Positions 12,579 to 26,540 of a stretch of 64,000 bases of DNA are shown here, in pieces. Origin of the DNA: Podarcis pityusensis (Eukaryota); the NCBI GenBank assembly GCA_964106645.2, contig OZ067051.1. One strand, given 5' to 3'. The notes below the pieces were generated by a model. It made no database searches, was not told where the DNA came from, and saw nothing but the letters and a program-made list of their open reading frames with translations. A program made the translations under genes and the position numbers. Positions within the stretch are counted from its first letter, which is position 1, and each line of letters starts with the position of its first letter.

Positions 12579-14086
12579 GTAAGGTTTGAACTAATCGTTA
12601 ATGATTTTTAAACTGTGGATTAAGACCTACCTACGTGGGAAGAACTATGAGGTGTTGTCCATTAAAGAAAAGAAATTCATTTCTCAAGCTGTAGGGGAGC
12701 TGCTGAAGTACAACACCTTTTTATACTGTGGACCATATTGAGAAGTGTCTATGGTGTGCAATCATTGCCCTAGTTCCTGGCTGGAAAGGAACCTTATTGT
12801 AAATTCCTTTCTTATGATCCAGGGCTTCTGACACTTACCCAACAATGTGGCAAGGAGCCATGCTGCAGTGGCACTCTGGCTGCTTGGGCAATGTTGTAAT
12901 GAACCCTTCTGATGACATACATTCATTCATCTCATTCTTGGCAGATGTGCCACTCATAATGCTTATGAGTGTGTGCCAGAATATGGCAATTTATACTTGC
13001 TCACTTCAAAAAAATGAGAGGAGTAGTACAACTTAGTTGATGTAACCAAAAAAACCTAATCTTGCTGAATAAATGCAGTCCAGACTAATGCATGATTTAA
13101 ATGGGGAGAAGCTCAGTGGGCTTCCCTGCGTACTTAGTTAAACCTCAGCATAACTTTCAAACAGAAAAAGGGAATGGATGCTTAGAATATATGCACCTGG
13201 AAAAAGATTCTTAATCAAGTGACTTCAGTGTGTAGCTGTGGACTGCCAAATGTCATGAAGATTGAAAAACATTGGGAAGTTTGGGAACCTCAGTCTGATC
13301 CTCAGCACATACATGCTTGTGAGCAGCTTGCTGTAAGCTACAGCTGAGACTTCAGTCTGTGAAATAGTGGGTGGAAAGTCAGAAATGATAAAACATAGTG
13401 TCTAAAAATGTGAGCAGGGAGTTGAGATGTCCCTGATTCAAATTTTGCCTCAACTAGAACCTTGACTAGTTGGATGTAATGCAACCCCACCACCACCCAC
13501 ACGTATTCTGAAATTTAGAAATGCTAATACTGGTCTAGTTTAGTGTTGTTAGGATCACCAAGAGAAAATATGTGAACTGCTTTGAACAGTCAAGTGTGCT
13601 ATATGAATGTTAGGAGACAGTGAAGCTCATTGTGTGATCTTGGACCAGCTACTATCCCTTTGTTTCACCTACCCCACAGGGATGGGGCTGGAGGCAAAAA
13701 CAAGTCTGTTAGAATAAAGGACAGGGTTGTCCTATAAGAATTTCAAGGGACAGAAGTATGAATGATAATGCTGGTGTTTCCATTTATCATTTCTCTACAC
13801 TAGCTTGTTGTTGAAGAATACTTTTCCAATTTTATACGTGTGTGATTGGTGTGTGTGAGTGTGGGTGTGTCAAACATATATATTTGTAAAATGTCATCAT
13901 GAGCTCCATGGAGGAAAGATGGGATAGAAATTTAGTAGGTGGTGGTAGATCCTGACCACAGTTTACCAGATCTGTATTTCCTGGTTTGTGTGCCAAAATG
14001 GCCAAAAGCTCTGCACCAAAAAGAGCTTGGTTCTGATCCATGTGAATTCTGACAAGTAGACTTGGTTTCAATCTTCCCTTCCCCAG

Positions 14087-14540
14087 GTGACCTTTTAAGT
14101 AGCTTGTTGCAGAGTCCCAGCACAGCCAAACTATTGAACCAGCCAATCCCCGTCCTTGACACAGAGAGCGAGTACATTTGTTCCCTGGCATTGGAGTGCC
14201 TAGCCCACCTCTTCAGCTGGATCCCTCTGTCTACGAGCATCACCCCTTCCCTCCTCACCACCATATTCCATTTTGCCCGCTTTGGCTGCGACACCCGAGC
14301 CAGGAAGATGTCCTCCATCAATGGCAGCAGCCAGAACTCTGTCTTGAATCAAGAACGTGGCCGGCTTGGGGTGCTTGCCATGTCTTGCATCAATGAACTG
14401 ATGTCAAAGAACTGTGTGCCTGTGGAGTTTGAGGAGTACTTGCTGCGGATGTTCCAGCAGACGTTTTACCTCTTGCAGAAGATCACCAAGGAGAACAATG
14501 CCCATACGGTGAAGAGTCGGCTGGAGGAACTGGACGAGAG
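14087..14540 (+). CDS. XPO6: Exportin-6 exon 7 (GDLLSSLLQSPS...KSRLEELDE)
   Basis: Lies in ORF 14062..14544; cag/gtaag; 454 nt. Confidence 0.97.
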
Positions 14541-15099
14541 GTAAGGGAGAGCCAGCCCAGACAAATTGATATTGTTGATCTTTTCTGTTTACTGCAAGAC
14601 GGTCTTTACTGACTTCATGTCATGCATGGTGTGTCTAATCACCTTTTTTCAGAGTCCTGTGATGAAGAAGGAAGGGTGGGCAGGTAGGTGTGACCAGGTA
14701 CGTTGGCTGTGGGAGGCTGACGTTGCAAAGCGACTGCGGTGTTTGTATTCCTTCTTCCTCCCCCCCCCCCCGGTTCATTACAGTTTGGCTGCAGGTCTGA
14801 GGTTGTACAAGATCTGAATTTGCCTTCATTCGGTTGTTGCTAAAAGCAGCCAAAGAGACATAGTGAGGTAAAAGGGTCTTCCTTTTCTATCTGGCCTCTA
14901 CTGTCAAATTCCAAACAGATGGGGATGCTAATTGTAGGCATGAAATCACGCAGAACCATTAGAGGTTTTAAAGTAACTTAGGAGAGCTGCAGTGGCTTGT
15001 GCTATTGAACCAGCTATGCAAAAGAAGTCAGTTTATTTTCCTGTTCCTTTAAATATCTATAGATTTACTTGTACTCTTTTTAGACAAGAGACTAGTAAC

Positions 15100-15306
15100 C
15101 TTGGGTCACATCCACACTATACATTTAAAGCACATTTAAAGCACTTGACTCCCCCCAAAGAATTCTGGGAACTAGTTTTCTCCTTGGAGAACTGCACTTC
15201 CCGTTTCCCTTAACAAACTGCAGTTCCCAGGATCCTCTGGGTAAAGCCATGTGTTTTAGATGAGTGCTGAATGTGTATTAAATGTATGCTGCGGGATCTG
15301 CCCTTA
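15100..15306. mobile_element. Palindromic non-autonomous DNA element
   Basis: catttaaagcac...gaattctgggaac / gttcccaggatcc...aaatgtatg symmetry; family recurs in the window. Confidence 0.55.
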
Positions 15307-17171
15307 GGGAAGTCAAGTTAGTTTGTTTTTTAAACAGAAATGTACTGAGAAAACTTTGGGCTGCTTTTGTCAATGAATTTGACAATAAAGCAAAAGTACC
15401 TTGGCTTTCTAGAGGAGCTGTTGAAGTGGATACTGGCAGAGATGGTTATAGGATTTAGCACTCTGTGTGCTTCAAACTGCTGCCAGAGAGGGATTCAAGG
15501 GATCTGTTGGTGCAACTGACAATATCATTTGTTTCTACAAATGAATGTTCCTGGAAGGCTAACGTCAAAAACAAGAAGTAGTGGTGTTATAAGTCAGCAC
15601 TAGTCTGACTTTTCTTAGACTGTGAGCACCTGGAAGGCATTCAGCCTAGTCATACCTTATCCAATTCCCAGTTTTTTCTACACCCACTCACCTCAATCTT
15701 TTACCTAATATCTTCCTTCTTTCCTAGTAGACACTTCTGCTTCAAAGGAGAGGGCATATTATGTAAAACATCTGCTAGGTGCTGCATGTCACTAGTAACC
15801 ATGCTGTGCTGTTCTTTTTTTTAATGAGGATTAACTGAACTGAGTATTAAATTTGTGAGCAGCAAATCAAATGTGAGCAGGCCTCTCAAAATTCCTCCAT
15901 ATTTGGGAGGAAAGTCTTATTGTGATTTTCTGGCCTACTTTTTCCTCATTCACTACATAAAAGTCTACCTGCCCATTTCTTCTTACCACTACCACCACCC
16001 AGCACTCTATATTTCAGGAGCAGGTCAGACTTTGCCCAATCCTGGTATAGAGAGCTGCTTTCTGAGTTAAAATGACGATTCTAAGTTTGAATTCTCTTGG
16101 TGGCCTGAAGGAATCCATTTCCCTCACATCTGATACTTGGAGGGTCACAGTACTGGTCTACATTTTGGGGCAGATCTAAGGATCACCAGGATAATCGACA
16201 CAAAGCAAGTTGAGCGTGTGAAAGAAATGTTCGGCAAATAACAATTATTATAATTTTGTCTCTCTTTCAGAGGCACTTAAGGTACAAAACAGAAGACGTT
16301 AAGACAACCAGTAAAGTTGTCCAGGGTCTCAGTGTATGCTGTGTACAAAGGAACTCTCAAGTTCTGTGGCTAGGGGGGGGAAAACTTGAGTGTGTATCTC
16401 TGTTTTGCAATGTTCTTTTAATAAGCTTCCGCTCCCCCAAGAACTGGAGGGTTTTGCAGCTGTGTGATTGTTCTGCCTTCAGGTGGGGACCTGACTTGAA
16501 CAGTGCTGGGGCACCAGCAACCCTCCAAAGATTGTTGGGCTCCAACTCCCATCAACCCCAGCTACCAGGGCCAATGGGAGTGGGAATCCCTGGACTATAA
16601 AGTTCTTGGGGAAGAGAACAGCTTTGTTCTTCGCTGCCAAAGTCTTGTGTTCTTTCATAAATCAATACCTTAATAGTAGAAGATATTAGTTGTGCTATAG
16701 ATGGATCCACTGGGATCATTTGGTTTTCAGAAGCACCACCCCTTTCCCCCATCCATCATTCCCTATCAAGGCCAGCTCTGAAAGTCCTTCTGGTTTCAAA
16801 ATTGGCACGCTATGTGGCATAGCAGGCTGTGGCTTGAGATGCACAACTATGTTTCAGCTAACATAGGTGACAGTGAAATACATAATGGGATTTCTTAGCA
16901 GAAGGTTTGAGTTGGTATTTTGACAAAAGCCAAAGTTGCCGTTGACGAGAGAATCTCTTTCTTGCTATGTTTCAGGTAATAATGGAATGAAGGGTTTCCC
17001 GCCGTGTAGGTAATTTCTGTAGGGATTTAATTTAATTGTTTTTAAAATGGCTGCAAAATGTGTTATTTAATGAAAGAGGTATGAAGTAAATTTAAATGTT
17101 TCAGTGCTGCTATTGCTTCTGTCAGTATTCAGGTTGACTTGATCAGGTTTTCTCTCGTCTTTCCCTTGTAG

Positions 17172-17298
17172 TTACATAGAGAAGTTTACTGACTTTCTGC
17201 GCCTCTTTGTGAGTGTCCACTTGAGGAGGATCGAGTCCTACTCCCAGTTTCCCGTGGTTGAATTCCTTGCATTGCTGTTCAAGTACACGTTTCATCAG
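17172..17298 (+). CDS. XPO6: Exportin-6 exon 8 (SYIEKFTDFLRLFVSVHLRRIES...KYTFHQ)
   Basis: tag/gtac; 127 nt. Confidence 0.96.
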
Positions 17299-18255
17299 GT
17301 ACAACACTGGCATGTCTCTTCTCCTTAATCCAGCTTTGTTTAGAGTTGATTATCCTATAAGGTTTCACGTGAAAACACTCTGTCAGGTTTTTACTGCATT
17401 TGAATTAAAATGTTACTCTTACATTGCAAAATAGCAGCAATCCTGGTCTCCAGATTGACCGCTGAAAGCCCTGGGTGCATATTTCAGTGATTTCCTGGCA
17501 CGCCTGGAAATATTATATTGGGTACCACACAACACAGAGGTCTTGACTGAGATCAAATCTCAGTAGCTGTTTTGGTTTCCAGGAAAACAAAAATATGTAG
17601 CCAATGAGACAGTATTTAGTTTTGATTTTAAAATGTACCTTTTATTTGGACCAGCTTTTCTTTCAAATGCAGGATACAAGCATTTGAATCTCTCAGGCTT
17701 GTTCAAAGATAAGGAGTGCAGAATGAGATGCTTCTGTGCCAAGATATGGTGTTTGCGTATCTTCTTTTGTGTCTGCATTGTTGTTGTTGTTTTCCAGCTC
17801 CAGGGTACAGTAAGAGAATTTAAAACAGAACCTAAATAAAAAAAGAACATATGCATTACTCCCTCTTCAGACCCCAAGGGGTTCTCAGAGCAACTGGTCA
17901 TGAAAATAAGAATGAAAAGACCTAACAAAATTGGGACCTAAAAACTTATCAGGGTAGTTTAACAATCAATTCCTCCTCCAGGGAACTCTGGGAATTGTAG
18001 CTCTGGCAGGGGAATAGAAGTCTCCAAACAATTCCCAGCACCCGTAACTAGTTCACAGAATTCTTTGGGGAAGCCATGACTGTTTAAAGTGGTATGATTC
18101 TGCTTTTAATGTATGGTGTGAATGTGGTCTAAGGTGACATTAGGAGGAAGGCAAGGAAGAGAAGCTCCATTGTCTATCAAGTGGCTGTTACAATTCTCTC
18201 TCCATATCCAGTTTGTGCTACTGTTAAAAATTGTCTGTTGACTTCCGTGTTTCAG

Positions 18256-18365
18256 CCTACCCATGAAGGTTACTTCTCCTGCTTAGACATCTGGACTCTC
18301 TTCTTGGATTACTTAACCAGTAAGATAAAGAGTCGTCTGGCAGATAAAGAAGCAGTTCTCAACAG
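18256..18365 (+). CDS. XPO6: Exportin-6 exon 9 (PTHEGYFSCLDIW...EAVLNR)
   Basis: cag/gtaag; 110 nt. Confidence 0.96.
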
Positions 18366-20532
18366 GTAAGCAAGATTAGCAGCGCAATGGAAGATCCCTG
18401 CTCATTTGTATCACAGCTTTTCCTGCTGCTTCCTTCACTGGGCATCATTTTGAAGGCTACAAAGGGTGTGGTGTTTTTTTTTAAAGGCTTGTCCTTTTTC
18501 TAGCAACTTGGGATATAATCCTGTGGCTGCTCTTGCTCTGCGCAGAGGCATTCAGGATTGCAGTGGAAAAGGCCAGTTTTATTTTTACTTGCTGTTGTTC
18601 TCACAGAGTCCATTTGGGTGCACTGCACTGGGCACAGTGGAGAGAAGCTTGCCTTCAGATATATTTCTAAGCTAGAAATGAAAGCCTGATCTACTAAACT
18701 TGCAATAGAATGATGTGCCAGAATGGACTGTACCATGTCAGTGGGGGGGGTGTTAATTTGAATACTCACCCACATATATAAGTTGTTGTTGTTTTATTCC
18801 ACCATAAAGTTAAAAATCAAACTAGCATTCAAGGAATATTAGTTCTGTCTCAGACTAGCTTTCTAGTTTTAGACCTTTCCCCCCACATAGGTGCATTCAG
18901 AAAAAGTAACACCACCTCCTCCCGTCCCATTCTGTATGAAAAGGGGTAATCCATTTTGCTGCTTTGTACAGCTGCGTATGCAGACCTAATATAGTGGGAA
19001 GAAACACTCCTTAACAGTTTCAGCCCAAGTCTCACTGGCTTGGATTAAGGAGATTGGCAGCCAGAAAGGATTAGTTGCTCACAGAGGGAGTTCCAAACCT
19101 TCATTTGCTACTTGTAAGAATGCAAGAAGAGGGAAGTTGCATCATTATTTCTGGACGTGTTTCTTTTTAATGCAACTCTTACAGCTGTCATAGGGACAGG
19201 AAGTTGTAGAGCTGTCATAGGGACAGGAAGTGTTTACCTATAAGCGTAAGCGTGCTTACACCACAGGAACAGCATTTGAGGCTTTCTGTCCGTTGTAGTT
19301 TACGCCTCTTCCAAGCAGAGCCTCGTGTACAAATCAGCTAGTCTGGGTGCTCCTACCAGCCTCCCAGTTCATTTGACATCCTGGCCTGACCCTATTCCTT
19401 GCTCAGACTCTCCACATGCTTAAGATAGAGAGCTTATTCAGTGTAGTTGTTTGTCCCTTGAGATGGTCTGCAGGAAGGGATTTGGGAGCACACTGTGGGT
19501 TTGCATGCTCAGTCCCCTCAGTGGAGGAGGAAACAAATGACCCAAAAGGGGAATGTGGGTTTGAATACAGGATCTTGGGGTTTAAATCTCCCCAGACTGC
19601 ATGTTCAAATAACCACAGGATCTCTCCTTCAGTAGTTCATTTCTAACCACGCTGAGAAGAGCATGAGAGCGTGTAAGATAAGCTGTCAGCAGACTCCCTC
19701 AAAGCAGGTGGGGGTGGGAGAAATACATTTTTAGCTTGCTCACTTGTCTTTTGCATATGCTGGAGGGAGCTTTTTCTCAATGCATTTTTCTTACGAAAGA
19801 ATAGTGGGACAGCAAGTACTTCCTTCAATTTGCTATGTCACTGCTGGGGCTGATGTCATTCAGTGGTGTGTTGCTTTTTTCTTTTTGTTTTGCAATTGGG
19901 GAGCTTCGTGAGAAAATAGGCTAAGTTCTGCATTTGTTCAGGCAGTAAACACCACATTTCTAAGAAGGGCAGTCTTAAAAATGAAGCCATACCTGGAAAT
20001 GTTGTAACGGTATTTGCGGTTTTGTAGGAAAGGGCATCAGTTCCTTGTGCATGATTGGGGTTCTGGGCATTTAATGTATATCTGTATTTGGGTCCTGCAC
20101 TAGGAAAAGCAAACTTCTGCAACCTGTATAAGTTAAGCAAGTCAAATCAATTTTCATAATATTTATTTGAATAACATATTCTGGCTGTGGGGAAGAGAGG
20201 AGAGCATTGTTAGGAAACTAATAATCCAGTTCAACTTCTGCCTCTTGAGATTTCATTGACGCACTTTCCAAGCATATCTTGTAAGCCCTCTAGGACTAAA
20301 GTTTTGCTTGTTTTTAACAAGAAAAGCTAAACATCTCAAGACGATAAATATCTGATGTGAGTATGGTGCATCAGTATTGTAGATAAATCTCAAGTTACAG
20401 GGAACACTATTATTTTGAAATTCAAACCAGCAGCATTGCACACTCGCAACTGGAGTTTGACCTTAAAACATAGATTCTCTCCCCCCAGAATATACAAGCA
20501 AACTTTCACTCCATATTACTCCTTTCTTAAAG

Positions 20533-20534
<2 letters not shown>

Positions 20535-20571
<37 letters not shown>
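20535..20571. repeat. (GT)n microsatellite
   Basis: Read directly from the sequence. Confidence 0.95.
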
Positions 20572-20574
<3 letters not shown>

Positions 20575-21435
20575 ACGTGCTTTCTCTTACCCGCTTAAAA
20601 GTGGCCAGGCCTGTGACTGTGCAGGCTGAACTAGCCTTGTGGAAAACAGGCGTGGAAGTGTAGCCTGGATTTGAAATGGAAATTAGAATGACAAATAAAA
20701 GAGAGAAACAATGTATATGGACGTAGCACAGTGAATCTTGGACTTCCAGATGGTATCAGAAGCATGAAGAGTGTGTGCAGAAGAATAAAGAGAGAGAGAA
20801 TGAACAGATGATATATTAGGGCAGCTTACCCACCCTAGTACGGCCCAGATGCTGATGGGCTAAAACTCCCATCATCTCTGACTATTGGCCATCGTGGCTG
20901 GTCTGGAAACATCTGGAGCACAGCTGGTTAGGGGAGGCAGCTCCAGGGTATGTACACACTTAGCAATCAGATTTGATTATGCATAACGGAATTCCTTTCT
21001 GAGTAGCTCAATTGTCCTCTTATTTAAATGAAACGGTGCTTTCTGCCAAGGCCTTAGTGAGAACTTCCTCTCTCGTACTTCGTTTAGCAATGACTTATCT
21101 TGAATAAGGATGTGGTGTCAGACCAAATGATGCTAAAACTCATTTTCCATATATTCCATACATTGTCAACTCTACTAGAATGGACAGAATTCAACTAGGT
21201 CTGGCTCAAAGTGGACTCATTGGTATTAGTGGTTATGACTTAGTTCCATTAATTTTAGTAGCTCTACTCTGAGTAAAACTTAGCTGAACATCACCCCATA
21301 ATTACTATTATTTTGCAACCATGCCTTTTTCTCTTTAAGTTTAAGTAACGTTGGTATAACTTCCCATGGACTACTATTTCCTTCCATAATAATGGTTCCA
21401 AATTTGATTGGGGTTTTCCTTTTGCTCTTTCCCAG

Positions 21436-21544
21436 GTATGAAGATGCCCTGGTTCTTCTGCTGACAGAAGTATTAAATCGGATACAGTTCAGGTACAACC
21501 AGGCCCAGTTGGAAGAGCTGGATGACGAGACGCTGGATGACGAT
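21436..21544 (+). CDS. XPO6: Exportin-6 exon 10 (YEDALVLLLTEVLNRIQFRYNQAQLEELDDETLDDD)
   Basis: cag/gtaag; 109 nt. Confidence 0.96.
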
Positions 21545-21977
21545 GTAAGAAGCAGAAGACTGTAGACTTGAGAATCGTAATAACTGTGAAAGTAGAAAAC
21601 ATTATGCTTCCATTGCACATTATGGAATGTGAAGACATGTGCAGAATAGCATAGCTGAAATCTTTAAGGCTGACAGGACTTTGCACCACCTCCAATGTCT
21701 TGTGCCTTATGATTGCAAGCCTGGGAAGTGTGGTGTGGGGGTTATGAACCTTTTTTGCAGGTGTGCCAGGTTTTTTAAATTTTTACCTGCATATTTGTTT
21801 TTAAGTTGTCAGAGTGTTCCAAAATGGCATTTCTTCACCCATAGCATAAACTGGAATTGCCCACTCTAACCACTTCAGCATTCTGTCGCCTCATTTTTCT
21901 ACTTGTGGAAAATCCGTTCCAACAGCCCTGGTGCAAAGGCAAATAAAGCAGCTGATCATGGTATTTCTTTCTCACAG

Positions 21978-22070
21978 CAACAGACAGAGTGGCAGCGGTA
22001 CCTACGCCAGAGCTTGGAAGTAGTGGCCAAAGTAATGGAGCTCCTGCCAACGCATGCCTTTTCGACCCTG
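21978..22070 (+). CDS. XPO6: Exportin-6 exon 11 (QQTEWQRYLRQSLEVVAKVMELLPTHAFSTL)
   Basis: cag/gtaag; 93 nt. Confidence 0.96.
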
Positions 22071-24508
22071 GTAAGTGGGGAGTGTGAGCTTCACTCTCAC
22101 TGTCCTTCAGAGTTTCAGATCCATGCCATTGTTACTTCAAAGACCTGCTTTTTGATGTGAGGTGTAGCAGGAATTCCAGGTGGTTAGAAGAATTGCCTGT
22201 TTGCGGTCTTCACTCCATTGAGTTCACCGAAAGCCTGACCCCAAGGTTCTGTTCTCTTGATATAAACATGCCAGATTAGTAGATGGTGGTGGGAAAAGAT
22301 GTTTGAGTTTGAGGATTGTGGTCCTTCTGACCTAGAATGGAGGCTCAAATAATAATAGTAATATTAACTTTAAAATAAAATAAAAATACCCAGTACACAT
22401 GACTCACTTGCAAAGTTTCTTTGAGGCATTAGCTTAACTTCAAGCAGTGCTTCATTCATTCACCTTTTCAAGGAATCTTAAAATCAATTGGCAAGCGTAA
22501 AGTGAAAGTATTTGGTGGGAATTGTGTTCCTGTGTGCCACTTTTGTATAGAGCAGGGGTGGCTTAACCTTTTTCTGACTAGGGTCCACTTTGAGGGTTGG
22601 CCACTCCTTTAACAGCGACATGCTGGCATGCACATGTCATGAGATCATACACATTCACATGGGCACACCTCTACCCTGGGTTCCAGTTCAAGACTGGATA
22701 TCTGTTTTCTCACCTCCTTGGCAGAAATCGCATCTTGTACATCCTCTCTGCGGCTATTGCCACAAGGAGAATGCCAAGTTAGTAGTAGTAGTATGAGATG
22801 GCTCTGCTAAACTTTTGCCCACTAGGAGGTAGGCTTTGAGTTCATAGACCTAGCTGGAACAACTATGCGGTTTAAATCCTGCCACATGACATTGACTCCT
22901 GGGATGGCAGCCAAGGCATCTGATCATTTCCCTGTGTCTCCCATCTTGCTTCCCTGTTGCAAAGCTGTGACATACCTGCCGGCTAGTAACACAGCATGCC
23001 ATCTCCTTGTCCGGTGGTGCTATATTAGCACTTAGAATTCCTTGGTGTGAGATTGACACTTCTGGCAGGGATTCCCTGCTCATCACTTGGTGCTTTCCAG
23101 TTTGGGGACACTCAATGCTGCAGTTTGCCAACAGATGGTGCAGTTTTAAACCTATATTGCAAATGAATATCTAGCAGCATGGTGTGTGTTTAAAGGCTTA
23201 CAGTCCGGGGGGTGGCTGTGTGGCTTTTCAGATTTTGGGAGCTGGTGTTGCTTCTTCTGTCTTTCAGCACTTCATCCTCTGACCCTTGACCTGTACACTA
23301 GCAGAATAGTAGCTATAAATGATCAATGTGACAAACCACATGTAGTGCTACATGCATTGTTGAGGGAAGTTTGAAAGAGACTGGAGACAGGTTAAACCCC
23401 TCCCTTCCTGGCCAATATTAGCATGTGACATTGTATGCCTTGTTTGCCATTACATCTGTGTTAAAAAAAACAAACCAAGCTAGGGGAGGCAGATTTCAGT
23501 GGAACTGGATCATACCACTATCCTGCTACCCCCACCCCCCACCCCGGCAACATTGCAATATTTAACCTGAGGGTGTGGGAGTCACATTAGTACCTATAGG
23601 AACACTTTCTAAGAGTAATTGCAGAGCATTGTAGGGCTGTTTATGGCAATAATGTGACTGGAAAAGGAAGGGTTTAACCTCCCTTTCTCATGTACAGTTT
23701 TTCCTGCAAAAAATGGAAGATGCGGGGAGTGACATCTTAATACTTTCTTGAAAAACACAGGCATTGTTGCTAATGATATATTTAGTGCCACATAGTTTTG
23801 ACCATAGGATGTTGTGCTATAAATCTGATCCAGCTCTCCCTTCACCATAAATTGACTAGGGAACCTTAAAAACAAGCTGCACTCTCAGAATAAGTCATCC
23901 CATTATGATGGTGGTGATTACAGGCAGGTTATCATTATGGAATTGTTTGTGGTTATTTCCCTCCTGCTGGTAAGGCTGACACTGTTTATGTTAATCTGCT
24001 TTATTTTGTGTATTCTTGTGTGTCACTGTTGCATATATGCTACCTTGGCGACCACTGCATAAAGGTGGGACAAAAAATGGGAACAGTGACTTACCTTTAT
24101 TGGTGCCTTGCCTATCTTCATAGACATCCCCAGTAACGTATGTGAAGCCCTTGGGGCACTTGAATGCCAGGTAAAGGCAATGGAGGGTGTTACTGTTGAC
24201 CACTGGGACCCATGCAGTTCTGTAAGCATATATTTAAGAGCATTCTGCAGACCATTAGTAAGCAAGTCCTGTTTTGGAAAAGCTTCTTTCCCAGGGAATC
24301 GTTTTCCTGCAGTGTCCCACTGACATCATTTTCATTGTAAGGCTATGATACTGAACCAATCCTGAACTCCCAAACTTTTATTTTCCCTGTCCATGAAGGT
24401 TTAGGTGACAGATGAATTATGCTTAGGTCCAGTTTCTAAACAGCAGGGAACCATACATGGTTAGTATAGCTGAGGACCTTGTAGTTATGCTTGTTTTCTT
24501 CTCCTCAG

Positions 24509-24578
24509 TTTCCAGTTCTCCAGGAAAATCTAGATGTATATTTGGGACTCCAACAATTCATAGTCAATTCAGGAACAG
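24509..24578 (+). CDS. XPO6: Exportin-6 exon 12 (FPVLQENLDVYLGLQQFIVNSGT)
   Basis: cag/gtaag; 70 nt. Confidence 0.95.
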
Positions 24579-25089
24579 GTAAGGCAAACTACCAGTGTTT
24601 GAAATCTCATGTCTGTGTGCTGTTTGTGTTGCTATAATATGGGGCTGATCACTGAGCTGGCATTCTTTAACTTGGGAAAACTGCTCTAAGTATGCACGTT
24701 CATACTGACATAAACAGCAATTTATACTGGCAAAAACATCCCAGTAGCTAAAATTTGCTTACTCTGTATGGTGTCTAACTGTATTATTCTGCATTATATA
24801 GAGGTTAATACATTCTACCTGTTGTAAATTCCTTTTTGGCTTACAGAAATATGACTTTTATATGCACTTTTTTTACAAAAAAGGTGTTTTAACTTGCGCA
24901 TTATATAACTTGTCTCAAGTGAGGTTTTTCGGGGGGGGGCAATGTATTTTATATCACACCCTTTAATAAAATTCCATATAATAATACAGTTTGGTTAAAC
25001 ACCCAAGTAGTTTTATTTCTGAATTGTCTCGATCGAAGTAAACTTTCAGATACAGGTATAACTAATAAGGCAGTAAAACTGAAGCAGCA

Positions 25090-25560
25090 TAAAACAGTTA
25101 ACAGACTGTAAAACATTTAAAAAAGAAAATATTACAAAGGCTTATGAAAATAATAAAAAGGACCTTTGCCTGGAACCAAAATAACAAAAATGATTCCAGG
25201 TAAGCCCCTTTAGGGTGAGGCTGTTCCATAGTTGGGGTGCCACCACTGGGAAGGCCCTCTGCCTGCCTGCTAACCAACCACCTCTCCTCAGATGGTGAGG
25301 GCATTCTGTGGAAGGCCTTCTGCTGAACATGTTAAGGTACAGAAAGGTATATTTGGAGATGGGCTGCTTTTTGGACCTCTAGATGTTCAAGGTCAAACTG
25401 ACAGTTTGAATTTGGACCGGCAACAGACCAGGAACCTCTGCAACTAATGCAGGAGAGGCCTGAGAGAAGATCAGAACACCCAGACAAGTTAGGAATCTGG
25501 ATGCCACATTCTGCACAGACTGAAAGGCAGCCCTGTGTAAAGCGTTTTACTGTAGGCTAG
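25090..25560 (-). mobile_element. Old, degraded L2 LINE 3' fragment
   Basis: Minus-strand translation RAFPVVAPQLWNSL matches the C-terminus of the intact L2 in this window (RAFSAAAPIWWNAL). Confidence 0.65.
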
Positions 25561-26380
25561 GCATGTTCAAGGTCAAAATGGCTGGTAACAGCCCACAACA
25601 GGCACGCCAACTCCTAGGGGCTGGGGCAGTTTTGACTCTTTCCCCACCAAAGTATATCCGCTGCTGAAGAGAAACTGGCACCCTCAATCCTCTTAAGAAG
25701 ATGGCACCTCTGGTCACAAAATTAAGATTGCTTTGACTCCTGCTATTTAACTGGAAGTACTAAATCCCAGTGTGTTTTCTTGTGGGTGTGCTCTTCAGCA
25801 GCGGATATTAGAAACACGCAGCTTCTCTGTGTTGCAGTTGTATAGAGCCCACCCCCTTGAACCAATCAGGATTTTCTTTCTCCGATTAAACTACTTTGAC
25901 TTCTGCTGTTTGGGTCCCTGTTGTTGCTTGTGCGGTAAAGCGGGGCCACCCTGTTCTGAAAAATATTTTAGCCTTTAGGGAGGAAAAGAGCTGCAAATAA
26001 TTAGTAAAGATTAAAACCCCAATGTCCTCTTTAACAATGCCCCTTTCTAAGCTGCCTAATTTAGCAATCTTGCTTGCATTCGGTGCTTGAACTGTGACCT
26101 GCAAGACAGCTAATGCAGAGCAAATGCATGTAATGTAATTACGGTAAATGTTTCATTTCCTGGCAAGCTATCTGCATAATTAGATTTCTCATATGAGTGC
26201 CTTGTGTGTTACAAGGTTATGGCTTCGGACAATCTTTGTATTTGAATTTGAGTTTGTGCAGGAGGCAGCCATTTCTTTAAATCACCTTAATGGGCAGCAA
26301 TTTGTCCCTATTAGCAGAAGCACTTGCATTCCGGTTTCTCCTTGCATTTTTATTCCCACTGGCTCATGCTGTCCTTTCAG

Positions 26381-26540
26381 GTCACAGGCTGAACATCACT
26401 GCAGAGAACGACTGCCGGCGCTTACACTGCTCCTTGCGCGACCTCAGCTCCTTGCTCCAAGCGGTTGGTCGGTTAGCCGAGTACTTCACGGGGGACATGT
26501 TTGCCGCGAGGTTCAGCGATGCTCATACTGTAGTGGAGAG
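26381..26540 (+). CDS. XPO6: Exportin-6 exon 13 (GHRLNITAENDCRRLHCSLRDL...TVVER)
   Basis: cag/gtagg; 160 nt. Confidence 0.96.
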